Positions 9,151-18,740 of a stretch of 64,000 nucleotides of DNA are shown here, in pieces. Source of the DNA: Trueperaceae bacterium. GTDB lineage: Bacteria > Deinococcota > Deinococci > Deinococcales > Trueperaceae. The stretch lies in assembly GCA_040905465.1 (NCBI GenBank), contig JBBDRK010000052.1:25484-89483 (forward strand), read 5' to 3'. Numbering within the stretch: position 1 is the first letter of the stretch; every line of letters begins with the position of its first letter. Made by a program: the position numbers and the translations under genes. The notes beneath the pieces are model-generated. The model did no database searches and was not told the DNA's origin. It saw only the letters and a list, made by a program, of their open reading frames with translations.

Positions 9151-10077
9151 TCAGGCGGGCAATTCGATCCGCCGGCGCGCCGCCCGTTGCTCTCGCACCG
9201 AGATGAATACCCCACTTGCGACTATCACGGCGGCGCCGACCCAGGTCCAGCCGTCGGGAAAGTCGCCGAACACGACCAGGCCGACGATGGTGGCGGTGAC
9301 GATCTCGAAGTAGCCGGCGGGAGCCAGCAGCGACGCGGGAGCAAGATCGAACGCCCAGATCACGAAGAAATGCCCGCTGGCCGCCAGCAGCCCCATGAAC
9401 ACCATCAGGAACCATCCGAAGAGCGTGGGAGCCGTCCAATCGAACGGTACAACGATCGACATTCCCACGGCGCCTACGATCGCCGTATAGGCGAGCGTGA
9501 CCAGCGGCGGCGAACTGCCCGAGAGCTTGCGCGTCGTCAGCAGGTAGAGAGCGTGCACCGTTCCGGCCGCCACCGCGAACAGGCCACTCAGCATGAACGC
9601 CGAGGTGCCGGGACGCATCACTATCCACACGCCCGCGAAGCCGACCAGAACCGCCAGCCAGCGTGACCAGCCCACCCGCTCACCGAGCAACACCGGCGCC
9701 AGGGCGGTTACCACCAGCGGTGACACGAAGAGGAGCGTCATGGCGGTAGTGAGGGGCATTCGGGAGATCGCCGTGAAGAAGAGCGCCGTCGCCAGCAACA
9801 GCAGAGCGCCGCGGAGCAGTTGGACGGCGGGTCGCTGCGGCCACAGCGAGCGGGCGCCGTAACGCCAGATCAGCCAGGGAAGCATGGTTATCAGGTGAAA
9901 GAAGTAGCGCGCCCAGATCACCTGGGTCAGCGGATAGCTGGAACTGAGGTGCTTTGCCACCCCGTCCATAAGCGGCAACAACGCCGCCGCCGCCAGCATG
10001 AGCAACAGGCCCGCGAGCGGTCTGTGCTGCGCCACGGCCGATGACGGTTCGCCCTCGACCAGCGCCCGCGGTCTCAT
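9151..10077 (-). CDS. DMT/EamA family transporter
   Basis: About 10 hydrophobic helices, LGERVG, VGFAGV.IV.RPG, VFGDFPD. ATG overlaps the helicase stop (ATGA). Confidence 0.9.
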   Translation of the reverse strand: MRPRALVEGEPSSAVAQHRPLAGLLLMLAAAALLPLMDGVAKHLSSSYPLTQVIWARYFFHLITMLPWLIWRYGARSLWPQRPAVQLLRGALLLLATALFFTAISRMPLTTAMTLLFVSPLVVTALAPVLLGERVGWSRWLAVLVGFAGVWIVMRPGTSAFMLSGLFAVAAGTVHALYLLTTRKLSGSSPPLVTLAYTAIVGAVGMSIVVPFDWTAPTLFGWFLMVFMGLLAASGHFFVIWAFDLAPASLLAPAGYFEIVTATIVGLVVFGDFPDGWTWVGAAVIVASGVFISVREQRAARRRIELPA

Positions 10078-11627
10078 GCAGTCGTGCTGACGGCTTCCAG
10101 GACCCACTCGGGAAGTCGCGCGCGTTGGCGCCGGAGGAAAGAGGGAAAATCGGCGTCGAGCAGGTAGGTGACGGCGAAGTCGTTGCGGCTGCGGACCGAG
10201 CGGCCATACGCCTGCACCACGGTCAGGCAGGTCCTCCACTCGTACCAGGCCGGGTCGATCTCACGACGCATGGCGATCTGCGGATCGCCCAGGTAGGGAT
10301 AGGGGATCTTGCAGATGATCTGCCAGCGCGACAGTTCATCGGCCAGGTCGATGCCCTCGGTCATGCTGGGTGTGAGGAGCACCGTCGGTTCCCGGCTGCC
10401 GACGTGGTTGTCCAATGCGACGTCGCGGCCGGCAGCGTTGTCGTGCGTGACCAGCCGTGAACGCTGGTGCGGCGGCAGGTTTGCCGCCAGGTGGCGCGCT
10501 ATTCGGTACGAGTGCGCGTGGATCACCCCCTTCTCCTCGGGATGGTCGTCCAGCACCCGGGAGACGGCCGACACCAGGCGCGGCAGCTCCCGCTCCAGGT
10601 GATGACGGGTGAGCCTGGCGGCGGGGCGCACCACGATCGGACGGTTCTCGGGTGGGAAGTCGGACTCCACCCGCAGCACCGTGACATCCTGCGGATCGAT
10701 CCCCAACGAGGCGAGGTAGGTCTGCGGGTCGAGGATGGTAGCGGACAGCATCAGCACCCGATCGGCGAATCCGAACAGCAGCGGTTCGGCGAAGCTGGCC
10801 ACCCTTACCGGCTTGAACGTCAGCGCCTGTCCACCGTCCTCCTGGCGGCGTTCGACGGTCCAGTCGACGAGGTCGTCGTCGATGCTGTCCAACAACAACC
10901 GCAGCCGCTTGCCCTGATTGTCGAGCCACTGCTTCGCCTGCAGGCGGCTGAGTTCGACCTCGCTGCCCGGACCGCCCTGCCGCAACTCGAGCTCTACCTC
11001 ACGGCCGCGTCCCAACAGGCGCGGCAAGAGCTCCTCGACGAAGTCGAAGTAACCGAGCCGATCCTGCACGAACGGTATCCGCTCCACGAGACCGGCCCGG
11101 GCGAGCGCTTCGTCGGAAACGGTCACCTGAATGAAACCCATGAGTGCGGCCTCGGCGTTGTGCGCCTCGTCGAGCACGAGCAGGTCACGGCGACCGAACC
11201 CGCCCGAATAGTTCAGCTCGGCCAGATAGTAGGCGTAGTTCATGGTGGTGTTCGACGCCGCGGCAGCTATGTCCTTTTTGGTGAAGTACGGGCAATCCTC
11301 GCACTGGGTAAAGCGCCGGCCGGCGATGCAAGGTGCCGCCGCGGCGTGGGTGGGCGCGACCAGGCAGTCGTAGTTCGAGCGACCCTTCATCAGCGCCAGG
11401 TCCGGGAAGTCTCGCACGTACTGGTCCTGGAGGATCTTCTGCGCGGTCAGCACGTACGAGCTGGTCGCCTCGCGCGCCAGGGTCACCGCTATGGCCGACT
11501 TTCCCGAGCCGGTCGGCGCCTCGATCACCACGAACCGTTTGCCTTCGCCGAATGCCTGGCGGGCGGCGTCGATCGCCTCCCGCTGGCCTGCGCGATAACT
11601 CTTGTACGGGAATCCGACCGAAGCCAC
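10074..11627 (-). CDS. DinG/XPD-family SF2 ATP-dependent DNA helicase with Fe-S cluster
   Basis: Q motif, APTGSGKS, KGRSNYDC...C...CEDCPY, DEAH, SAT, EGID, QAYGRSVR. GTG start 5 nt after TAGCCT (alternative ATG at 11678). Confidence 0.88.
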   Translation of the reverse strand: MASVGFPYKSYRAGQREAIDAARQAFGEGKRFVVIEAPTGSGKSAIAVTLAREATSSYVLTAQKILQDQYVRDFPDLALMKGRSNYDCLVAPTHAAAAPCIAGRRFTQCEDCPYFTKKDIAAAASNTTMNYAYYLAELNYSGGFGRRDLLVLDEAHNAEAALMGFIQVTVSDEALARAGLVERIPFVQDRLGYFDFVEELLPRLLGRGREVELELRQGGPGSEVELSRLQAKQWLDNQGKRLRLLLDSIDDDLVDWTVERRQEDGGQALTFKPVRVASFAEPLLFGFADRVLMLSATILDPQTYLASLGIDPQDVTVLRVESDFPPENRPIVVRPAARLTRHHLERELPRLVSAVSRVLDDHPEEKGVIHAHSYRIARHLAANLPPHQRSRLVTHDNAAGRDVALDNHVGSREPTVLLTPSMTEGIDLADELSRWQIICKIPYPYLGDPQIAMRREIDPAWYEWRTCLTVVQAYGRSVRSRNDFAVTYLLDADFPSFLRRQRARLPEWVLEAVSTTA

Positions 11628-11680
11628 AGCAAAGGCTACCAGAGGGAGGGAGATGGGCGGCCTCACCGGGCGCACCATTT

Positions 11681-11706
11681 GAAAAGCCAGCCTTTGCGGC
11701 TGGCTT
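11681..11706 (-). terminator. Intrinsic terminator downstream of tRNA-Leu
   Basis: Minus strand AAGCCAGCC-GCAAA-GGCTGGCTT followed by TT. Confidence 0.7.
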
Positions 11707-11708
11707 GG

Positions 11709-11796
11709 TGGTGCCGAGGAGGGGACTTGAACCCCTACGCCCTTAACGGGCACCAGCCCCTCAAGCTGGCGCGTCTACCAATTCCGCCACCTCGGC
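11709..11796 (-). tRNA. tRNA-Leu (anticodon GAG)
   Basis: GCCGAGG acceptor stem, D-loop GGAATTGGTAGAC, anticodon arm CCAGC-TTGAGGG-GCTGG, long variable arm, GGTTCAAGTCC T-arm, encoded CCA. Confidence 0.97.
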
Positions 11797-11825
11797 ACGA
11801 TAAAGGGGGGTCGGACGCAAAGTGA

Positions 11826-11855
11826 ATGATACGAGATGCCCCAGGGGCATGTCAA
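11826..11855 (-). promoter_or_regulatory. Sigma70-type promoter of tRNA-Leu
   Basis: Minus strand TTGACA-18 nt-TATCAT about 30 nt upstream of the tRNA. Confidence 0.7.
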
Positions 11856-11913
11856 GCAATCACGAACGCCCGGTCTCTTTGACGAAACTCCGTCCACGAC
11901 GTATTCTCGGCTT

Positions 11914-12561
11914 GTGACAAGCGAGCGCTACCGGCGCATCATGCAGATATTGGCTCAGCGCCAGCCCGACCTGACGATCCTCGCCGAGGACGTCTACAAG
12001 CCGCATAACCTCTCCGCGATGCTCCGCTCCTGTGACGCCGTAGGGATCGGCCTGGTGCACGCGATCGACCCTACCGGCGGGGTCCCCACCTTCAATGAGA
12101 CCAGCGCGGGTGCCGACCGCTGGGTCGAGGTCCGGGTGCATGCCGACTTCGCCGAGGCGTCGGCGCAGGTCCGCGATCAGGGGATGCAACTGCTGGCCGC
12201 TCACTTCTCGGACCGGGCCGTGGACTATCGCGACGTCGATTACACGCGGCCGACCGCCGTGCTGTTCGGGAACGAGAAGAGGGGCGTGAGCCACCAGGCG
12301 GCGGCTCGTGTGGATGGCCACGTGATCATCCCGATGCTGGGAATGGTGCGGTCGCTCAACGTGTCGGTGGCGACCGCCGTGATCCTGTTCGAGGCGCAGC
12401 GGCAGCGGCGGGAGGCGGGGATGTTCGAGCGGCCGCGCTTGTCGCCCGAGCAGATCAACGCCCAGGCGTTCCGCTGGCTCTTCCCGCGCGAGGCGGCGGT
12501 GCGGGAGGCTCGGGGCGAGCCTTTTCCCGGGGTTCTGGAAGATGGAACGTACGAGGGGTGA
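11914..12561 (+). CDS. trmH: tRNA (guanosine(18)-2'-O)-methyltransferase
   Basis: RQPDLT...EDVYKPHNLSAMLRSCDAVG, FGNEKRGVS, IPMLGMVRSLNVSVA, EAQRQR. Leaderless GTG start. Confidence 0.93.
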   Translation: MTSERYRRIMQILAQRQPDLTILAEDVYKPHNLSAMLRSCDAVGIGLVHAIDPTGGVPTFNETSAGADRWVEVRVHADFAEASAQVRDQGMQLLAAHFSDRAVDYRDVDYTRPTAVLFGNEKRGVSHQAAARVDGHVIIPMLGMVRSLNVSVATAVILFEAQRQRREAGMFERPRLSPEQINAQAFRWLFPREAAVREARGEPFPGVLEDGTYEG

Positions 12562-12630
12562 ACGTCGCTTGCAAATGAGAGAATTCTTATACCACGCGGT
12601 TTCGCCGGCAAGCCGCCTTTAAGATGACCC

Positions 12631-13563
12631 ATGTCCCCGGCGTTCCACGATCTCCAGCAACAGGTATTCGCGCTCCACGCGGAGGAGCGCTACCACGACG
12701 CACTCGAACTGGCCCTCGCCAACCTGGACCACCACCAGGAGAACGCCTCCCGGATAGCCTTCTGGGTCGCCTGCTTGCAATGCAGGCTCGACCGCTGGGA
12801 CGATGCGCTGGCGACGATCGGCGGGGTGGTCGACGCGGGGGGCTGGTTCAACCCCGACCGGCTGCGTGACGACCCGGATCTCGCCCCCCTGCGGGAGCTG
12901 TCGGAGCTGGGCGGGATCATCGGGGCCTGCGACGAGAAGCGCAGGGTGGAGCAGGCTGACGCTCGACCCGAACGGCGCCTGGTCCGGCCGGAATCGACCG
13001 AGCACCAACCTCCCCCGCTGGTCATCGCCCTGCATATGGCGGGCGGCAACGCTCGACAGAGCGAGCACCACTGGCGCCGGGCCAGCCGTGACGGCTACCT
13101 TCTGGCCCTGCCCCAGGGAACGCAGATCCTGGGTCCCGGCGAGTACGGGTGGAGCGAAAACACCGAGGCGGAACTCAAGAAGCACCTGCTGGCGGTCGCC
13201 GGCTGGCACGCCTACGATTCGGCTCGGGTCGTGCTCGGCGGCGCGTCCCGCGGCGCCGGCGTGGCGGTCGAGTTCGCCCTGTGTCAGGCACCGTTCGCCA
13301 GTCGCGGCTTCATCGCGGTGGTCGGCAGTCCCGCGCCCGAAAAGATCGAGGAGCACGTCGCCCGGGCGGTCGCTGCTCAGGTCAGAGGCGTGTTCATCAC
13401 CGGAGAGCACGACGGTGCGCGAGATCGAGTCGAGTCGACCTATCGGCTACTGCACGCCGCCGGAATGAACGTGTGCCTGAAGGTCTTGCCCGGTCTCGGC
13501 CACGACTATCCGCCCGACTTCTCCGAGCACCTGAGCGAAGCGCTGGCTTACGTGCTCGCCTGA
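12631..13563 (+). CDS. TPR-like N-terminus plus alpha/beta-hydrolase (esterase/phospholipase-like)
   Basis: Helical N-terminus (DPDLAPLR), PLVIALH, GASRG nucleophile elbow, TGEHD, GLGH. Confidence 0.7.
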   Translation: MSPAFHDLQQQVFALHAEERYHDALELALANLDHHQENASRIAFWVACLQCRLDRWDDALATIGGVVDAGGWFNPDRLRDDPDLAPLRELSELGGIIGACDEKRRVEQADARPERRLVRPESTEHQPPPLVIALHMAGGNARQSEHHWRRASRDGYLLALPQGTQILGPGEYGWSENTEAELKKHLLAVAGWHAYDSARVVLGGASRGAGVAVEFALCQAPFASRGFIAVVGSPAPEKIEEHVARAVAAQVRGVFITGEHDGARDRVESTYRLLHAAGMNVCLKVLPGLGHDYPPDFSEHLSEALAYVLA

Positions 13564-13611
13564 CTATGATCCATGAGCGACCTGGAGCGCCTGCGTCTAC
13601 TATCGTTGGGT

Positions 13612-14790
13612 ATGACCACATCGAGAAGTTGGATCCGTCCGCGCACGCTGCTGGCAGCAACGATGCTGCTGCTGGCGGTCGCCTGCAGGCCTGACGCCTC
13701 CGCGCAAGGCTCGGAAGGCGTGCCCGATCCGGTTCTGGAGGAGATCGCCTCGGGCCTCCAATCGCCCACGGCGATAGTCGACGCCGGCGACGACTCGGGG
13801 AGACTGTTCGTGCTCGAGCAACCCGGCCGCATCCGGATCATCGCCGACGGCCAGCTGCTGCCTGAGCCGTTCCTCGACCTCAGCGGGAGCATCTCGGACG
13901 GCGGAGAGCGCGGCCTGCTGGGACTCGCCTTCCATCCCGACTACGCCGGCAACGGCAGGTTCTTCGTCGATTACACCGACCCGAACGGTCATACCGTGGT
14001 GGCGCGTTACAGCGTTTCCGCCGACGACCCGAATCGCGCCGACAGCGAGAGCGCCGCCGAGGTATTGCGCGTCGAACAGCCGTACGCCAACCACAACGGC
14101 GGTCAATTGGGTTTCGGGCCCGACGGCTACCTGTACGTCTCGCTCGGCGACGGCGGCGCGGGAGGCGACCCGCACGACCACGGGCAGAATCCGGCCACCC
14201 TGCTAGGCACGCTCCTCAGGCTCGATGTCGACGCGGCCGAACCGTACGCGGTTCCTGCCGACAACCCCTTCGTCGACAACGACGACGCCAGACCCGAGAT
14301 CTGGGCGTACGGGCTGCGCAACCCCTGGCGGTTCTCGTTCGACCGGGAGACCGGCGACCTGTGGATTGCCGACGTGGGGCAGAACGTCTGGGAGGAGATC
14401 AATCTCCAGGCTGCCGGGAGCGGCGGCGGTGAGAACTACGGCTGGAACGTCATGGAGGGGGCCCACTGCTTCGAGCCCAGCGAGGGCTGCGACAGAGAAG
14501 GATTGGTCCTGCCGGTGATCGAGTACGACCACGACCAAGGCTGCTCGGTGACCGGCGGTTACCGCTATCGCGGCAGCGCACTGCCGGGACTCGCCGGTGT
14601 CTACGTATACGCCGACTACTGCAGCGGGGAGATCTGGGGAGCCAGCCCGAACGATGAGGGCGGCTGGACGTCCGAATCGCTCCTGCAGAGCGGAGTTCGG
14701 GTGTCGGCGTTCGGTGAGGACGAATCCGGCGAGCTGTACCTGGCCGATCACGGTGGCGGGGCGATCTACCGACTTAGGGCGGCCGAGTAG
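13612..14790 (+). CDS. PQQ-dependent sugar dehydrogenase (GSDH family) lipoprotein
   Basis: Lipobox LAVAC, GERGLLGLAFHP, NHNGG, GPDGYLY, AYGLRNPWRFSFD, ADVGQ. Confidence 0.92.
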   Translation: MTTSRSWIRPRTLLAATMLLLAVACRPDASAQGSEGVPDPVLEEIASGLQSPTAIVDAGDDSGRLFVLEQPGRIRIIADGQLLPEPFLDLSGSISDGGERGLLGLAFHPDYAGNGRFFVDYTDPNGHTVVARYSVSADDPNRADSESAAEVLRVEQPYANHNGGQLGFGPDGYLYVSLGDGGAGGDPHDHGQNPATLLGTLLRLDVDAAEPYAVPADNPFVDNDDARPEIWAYGLRNPWRFSFDRETGDLWIADVGQNVWEEINLQAAGSGGGENYGWNVMEGAHCFEPSEGCDREGLVLPVIEYDHDQGCSVTGGYRYRGSALPGLAGVYVYADYCSGEIWGASPNDEGGWTSESLLQSGVRVSAFGEDESGELYLADHGGGAIYRLRAAE

Positions 14791-14932
14791 CCGACGCTGT
14801 CGCCGGGTGGCAAGTGAACGCTACGGCGGTTGGGGCAACGGCCAGCGACTGCTCGACTCCGGGCGGGAATTGCACGCCGTCCGTGCATCGCGCCATGCCG
14901 GGCCGGCGCACGGGCTCTGTTATCCTCGGCCC

Positions 14933-15586
14933 ATGGATCCCACGACGGATGGATTCGTGGTTCGCGACCTGGGCCGCATGTCGTACCGGGAAGCCTGGGA
15001 CGTGCAGTTGCAGACCCACGCCGCGGTTGCCGAGGGACGGACGGAGCCCACTCTGTTGCTGGTGGAGCACCCGCCGGTCGTCACCTTCGGACGCAAGGGC
15101 GGCCGCGAGAACCTGTTGGCCAGCGAGTCTTTCCTGAAGGAGCAAGGTTTCGACCTCTTCGATATCGAGCGGGGCGGCGACGTCACCTATCACGGGCCGG
15201 GTCAGCTGGTGGGCTACCCGATCCTGCGGGTGGGCAGGCGAGTACAGCAGTACCTCAGAAGCCTCGAAGGGGTGATGGTACGGGTGCTCGATCAGTTCGG
15301 CATCGCCGGCGAGGGAAGCCCGGGGTACGCCGGCGTGTGGGTAGGGAACAGCAAAGTGGTGGCCATCGGAGTCGCCATCAAACGGGACGTGTCGTTCCAC
15401 GGCTTCGCCTTGAACGTGCACACCGACCTGCGGCACTTCGACTACATAATCCCCTGCGGCATCGCCGACCGGGGCGTTACCAGCATGTCCACGCTCCTGG
15501 GGCGCCACGTCTCGATCGAAGAGGTGAAGCCGGTGCTGTTGGGGGCGATGCGAGACGTGTTCGACCCGGTCGCGGTGCCAGGATGA
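14933..15586 (+). CDS. lipB: Lipoyl(octanoyl) transferase
   Basis: LVEHPPVVT.G, RGGDVTYHGPGQLVGYP, KVVAIG, HGFALN, IIPCG. Adjacent to lipA. Confidence 0.95.
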   Translation: MDPTTDGFVVRDLGRMSYREAWDVQLQTHAAVAEGRTEPTLLLVEHPPVVTFGRKGGRENLLASESFLKEQGFDLFDIERGGDVTYHGPGQLVGYPILRVGRRVQQYLRSLEGVMVRVLDQFGIAGEGSPGYAGVWVGNSKVVAIGVAIKRDVSFHGFALNVHTDLRHFDYIIPCGIADRGVTSMSTLLGRHVSIEEVKPVLLGAMRDVFDPVAVPG

Positions 15587-15652
15587 GCGGTGCCTTGATG
15601 AACAGTGCCAGGTTGAGCAGTGCTAGGAAGAGCAGGGTCAGGATGAACAGTC
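15568..15652 (+). repeat. Degenerate 15-nt tandem repeat at the lipB-lipA junction
   Basis: ATGAGCGGTGCCTTG / ATGAACAGTGCCAGG / TTGAGCAGTGCTAGG / AAGAGCAGGGTCAGG / ATGAACAGT. Confidence 0.7.
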
Positions 15653-16615
15653 ATGATTGAGCTCGACGACATCAAGGTCATCAAGAACGGCGTGCAGCGC
15701 AAGGGCGCCGCTTCCGAGCCGCGCCAACCGAAGCCGGACTGGCTGCGCGTCAAGCTACCTTCCGGCGGACGCTACGGTGAGGTCAAGGAGAACGTCCGCA
15801 AGCACGGCCTCTCCACCGTCTGCGAAGAGGCGATGTGCCCGAACATCGGCGAGTGTTGGAACGCCGGCACCGCCACCATCATGCTGATGGGCTCGGTCTG
15901 CACGCGCGCCTGCCGCTTCTGCGCCGTCGACACCGGCAACCCGCGGGGCCGGCTCGACCCGGATGAGCCGCGACTAGCGGCCGAGTCGGTGAAGCTGATG
16001 GGGCTCAAGTACATCGTCCTGACCTCGGTCGACCGCGACGATCTGGCGGATGGAGGCGCTTCGCACTACGCCGCCTGTATTCGCCGCATACTCGAGGTGA
16101 ACCCGGAGACGGCGGTCGAAGCCCTGACTCCCGACTTCGCCGGCGACACCGACGCGGTGCAGACCGTGCTCGACGCAGGCATCCAGGTCTACGCGCAGAA
16201 CATCGAGACCGTCGAGCGTCTCACTCATCCGGTCCGCGATCCTCGGGCGTCCTACGCTCAGACGCTGTCGGTACTGGCCTACGCGAAGCGCTCGCGGCCG
16301 GACGTGCTGACAAAGACCAGCCTGATGCTGGGCCTGGGCGAAACCGAGGAGGAGATCCTCGACACGATGGACGACCTGCGGGCGATCGGCGTCGACATAG
16401 TCACTTTCGGCCAGTACTTGCGGCCGACCGCCAGTCATCTGCCGGTCGAGCGATTCGTGACGCCCGAGGAGTTCAGGCGCTACCGCGAACTGGGCCTGGC
16501 CAAGGGCTTTCTCGAGGTCGTCTCCGGTCCGTTGGTTCGCTCCTCCTACCGTGCCGAACGGGCGCTGGAGAAGAACAACGTAGGATTGGGCGCGACGGCC
16601 GGCGGCCCTGCCTGA
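15653..16615 (+). CDS. lipA: Lipoyl synthase
   Basis: [38 protein letters not shown]. Confidence 0.97.
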   Translation: MIELDDIKVIKNGVQRKGAASEPRQPKPDWLRVKLPSGGRYGEVKENVRKHGLSTVCEEAMCPNIGECWNAGTATIMLMGSVCTRACRFCAVDTGNPRGRLDPDEPRLAAESVKLMGLKYIVLTSVDRDDLADGGASHYAACIRRILEVNPETAVEALTPDFAGDTDAVQTVLDAGIQVYAQNIETVERLTHPVRDPRASYAQTLSVLAYAKRSRPDVLTKTSLMLGLGETEEEILDTMDDLRAIGVDIVTFGQYLRPTASHLPVERFVTPEEFRRYRELGLAKGFLEVVSGPLVRSSYRAERALEKNNVGLGATAGGPA

Positions 16616-16796
16616 TCTTCCGGCCGCTCGGCTTGTCTTAATGCGGTGCGTCAGCCGTCCGCCCAGGACGGCGCATCTTCGTCGCAAAGGAGTCGAACCC
16701 GCGGCCGTAAGCACCGATTGTGCACGTGATACATTGCAGTCGCGTGATCACAGCGAACCGTATGGAGGTAAGCGTAACTGCCGGTCCTCGTCCCCG

Positions 16797-17990
16797 ATGC
16801 GGAGAACGTCGACACCGAAGGCTGCCCCGTCCGTGACCCCAGGAACAGTGAACTACAGACAGTTCCACATTTCTGCCGAGAAACTCGAGCCGATCGAAGC
16901 CATGGCGACAGGCATTGCTACGGCGAGCAGCCAGCAAGAGGTGTTCCGGGCCCTCCTCCTGTTCGCCTCATATACAACTCCCGGCAGAGCTATTTTCATC
17001 ACCCTCTACACGCCCAGTACCGGCCTGCGCAAATGCATGTACGCCGGCGAGATCATCGAAGGGGACGATGGTCGTCGGGTTATCGAGGAGGCGGATATCC
17101 ACATGTACCCGGAGTTGCCTCTAAACACCAGCCCCCAAAGCCGAGCCATCCTCAGCGGAACTTTTTTCATCGCCAATGACTACGACAAGTCGGTAGCCGG
17201 TCTGCCCGTTACCGACAGCGGCAGCGACATGTCCAAGGACCTTCCCCGATCCAGCCTCGCCATTCCGCTCGGGTTCGAAGGCCGTACTCGTGGCGCCCTC
17301 GAAATCCAGAGCCCGGCCCTCTCGGCTTTCGATGAATCCCATGTCCCACCGCTGAGCCTGGCCGCCAGCCTAGCGGTAACCGCCCTCGAAAACCTCGACC
17401 TGATGGAGCGCGAGCGTGCACAACACGAGGCCACCCTTCGAACACTCGGCCTAGCCCTCGAGTACCGCGACTACGAGACCAAAGGCCATACCGACCGGGT
17501 AGTACGACTGAGCGTGGCGTTCGCTCATGCTCTTGGTCTGAACGACGCCGAAACCAATGCATTGCGTTGGGGTGCCTACCTGCACGACCTCGGCAAGGTC
17601 GCACTGCCCGACCAGATCCTCCTCAAACCTGGGCGTCTCAGCGCGAGCGAGTACCAGGTAATCCGCCGCCACACCCTGATAGGCATCGACATGTGCCGCG
17701 ACATCCCCTTTCTGGAAACGGGCACCAGAGACGTCATCAGGAGCCACCACGAGCGATGGGACGGCCGCGGCTACCCGGACCAACTCGCCGGGGACCAGAT
17801 TCCCCTGCTTGCCCGAATTTTCAGCCTCGTCGACGTGTACGATGCCCTCATCAGCCGCCGGCCCTACAAGGACGCCTGGCCCCATGAACGCGCGCTGGCC
17901 GAGATCAGGGACAACAGTGAAATACAGTTCGATCCGAAGCTGCTCGAGACCTTTGTTCGAGTCGCTGCAGCCAGAGATCTCGAGAACTGA
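16797..17990 (+). CDS. GAF plus HD-GYP domain protein (cyclic dinucleotide phosphodiesterase)
   Basis: GAF-like RSSLAIPL..GALEIQS, ETKGHTDRV, LHDLGK, HHERWDGRGYP, RRPYK. Start uncertain. Confidence 0.87.
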   Translation: MRRTSTPKAAPSVTPGTVNYRQFHISAEKLEPIEAMATGIATASSQQEVFRALLLFASYTTPGRAIFITLYTPSTGLRKCMYAGEIIEGDDGRRVIEEADIHMYPELPLNTSPQSRAILSGTFFIANDYDKSVAGLPVTDSGSDMSKDLPRSSLAIPLGFEGRTRGALEIQSPALSAFDESHVPPLSLAASLAVTALENLDLMERERAQHEATLRTLGLALEYRDYETKGHTDRVVRLSVAFAHALGLNDAETNALRWGAYLHDLGKVALPDQILLKPGRLSASEYQVIRRHTLIGIDMCRDIPFLETGTRDVIRSHHERWDGRGYPDQLAGDQIPLLARIFSLVDVYDALISRRPYKDAWPHERALAEIRDNSEIQFDPKLLETFVRVAAARDLEN

Positions 17991-18082
17991 ATGTGGCGGT
18001 CGTAAGTGGGCATGTTGCAGGGTGTAACCGAAACCCCGATCTGCCGCCTCAGTCTGCGGCCTGAGCCTGCTCCACTCGGCCG

Positions 18083-18673
18083 TTACCCGGTCACCGCAAC
18101 GGCGGCGGCAACCTGCTCCAGGAAGTAGCGGTGAACCCGGTCATCCCCGCTCAACTCGGGGTGGAATACACCCGCCAGCAAACGGCCCTGGCGCACAATC
18201 ACCGGATCGCCCTCGAGACTGCCGAGGACCTCCACCCCTGGGCCCACCCGCACCAGCCGGGGTGCCCGAATGAACACAGCGTGGAACGGACCCTCCACCA
18301 GACCCGTGATTTCCAGGTCCGCTTCGAACGAGGCTATCTGGCGACCGTAAGAGTTGCGCTCGACGGTCATGTCGATCAGGCCGAGCGTCGGCTGCTCCGG
18401 TCGTCCGACGATGTCCGAAGCCACGGCTATCGCGCCGGCACACGTTCCCCAAACGGCGCCTCCGTTGTCATGGAACCGGTGCAGCGCCTGGTCGAGTCCG
18501 TAGCTGAGCATCAGTTTGGCCATGGTGGTGGACTCCCCACCAGGGATCACCACGGCGGAAAGTCCCTTCAGATGATCAGGCAGGCGGACTTCGCTCACGT
18601 TTGCGCCGAGACGCTCGAACGCCCGTCTGTGCTCCCGGAATGCCCCCTGCAGGGCGAGGACGCCAACGTTCAT
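18083..18673 (-). CDS. pdxT: PLP synthase glutaminase subunit
   Basis: GVLALQG, IPGGEST, GTCAG, RNSYGRQ, FIRAP, FHPEL. Confidence 0.96.
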   Translation of the reverse strand: MNVGVLALQGAFREHRRAFERLGANVSEVRLPDHLKGLSAVVIPGGESTTMAKLMLSYGLDQALHRFHDNGGAVWGTCAGAIAVASDIVGRPEQPTLGLIDMTVERNSYGRQIASFEADLEITGLVEGPFHAVFIRAPRLVRVGPGVEVLGSLEGDPVIVRQGRLLAGVFHPELSGDDRVHRYFLEQVAAAVAVTG

Positions 18674-18740
18674 GGCGCCATCATGCCACCACCGGGCACC
18701 TTTCCGCGGTCCGCCGACTACTCTCGTTGCCGAATCGATC

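Noticed and set aside
11628-11753. ORF-track N-terminal extension of the helicase
   Set aside because: It overlaps the tRNA and its terminator; GTG 11627 after a -10 box is more plausible.
16640-16720. c-di-GMP-I riboswitch upstream of the HD-GYP gene (GTCGCAAAG)
   Set aside because: The GGCAAAC and GNRA-capped P2 elements were not found; only a short partial match.
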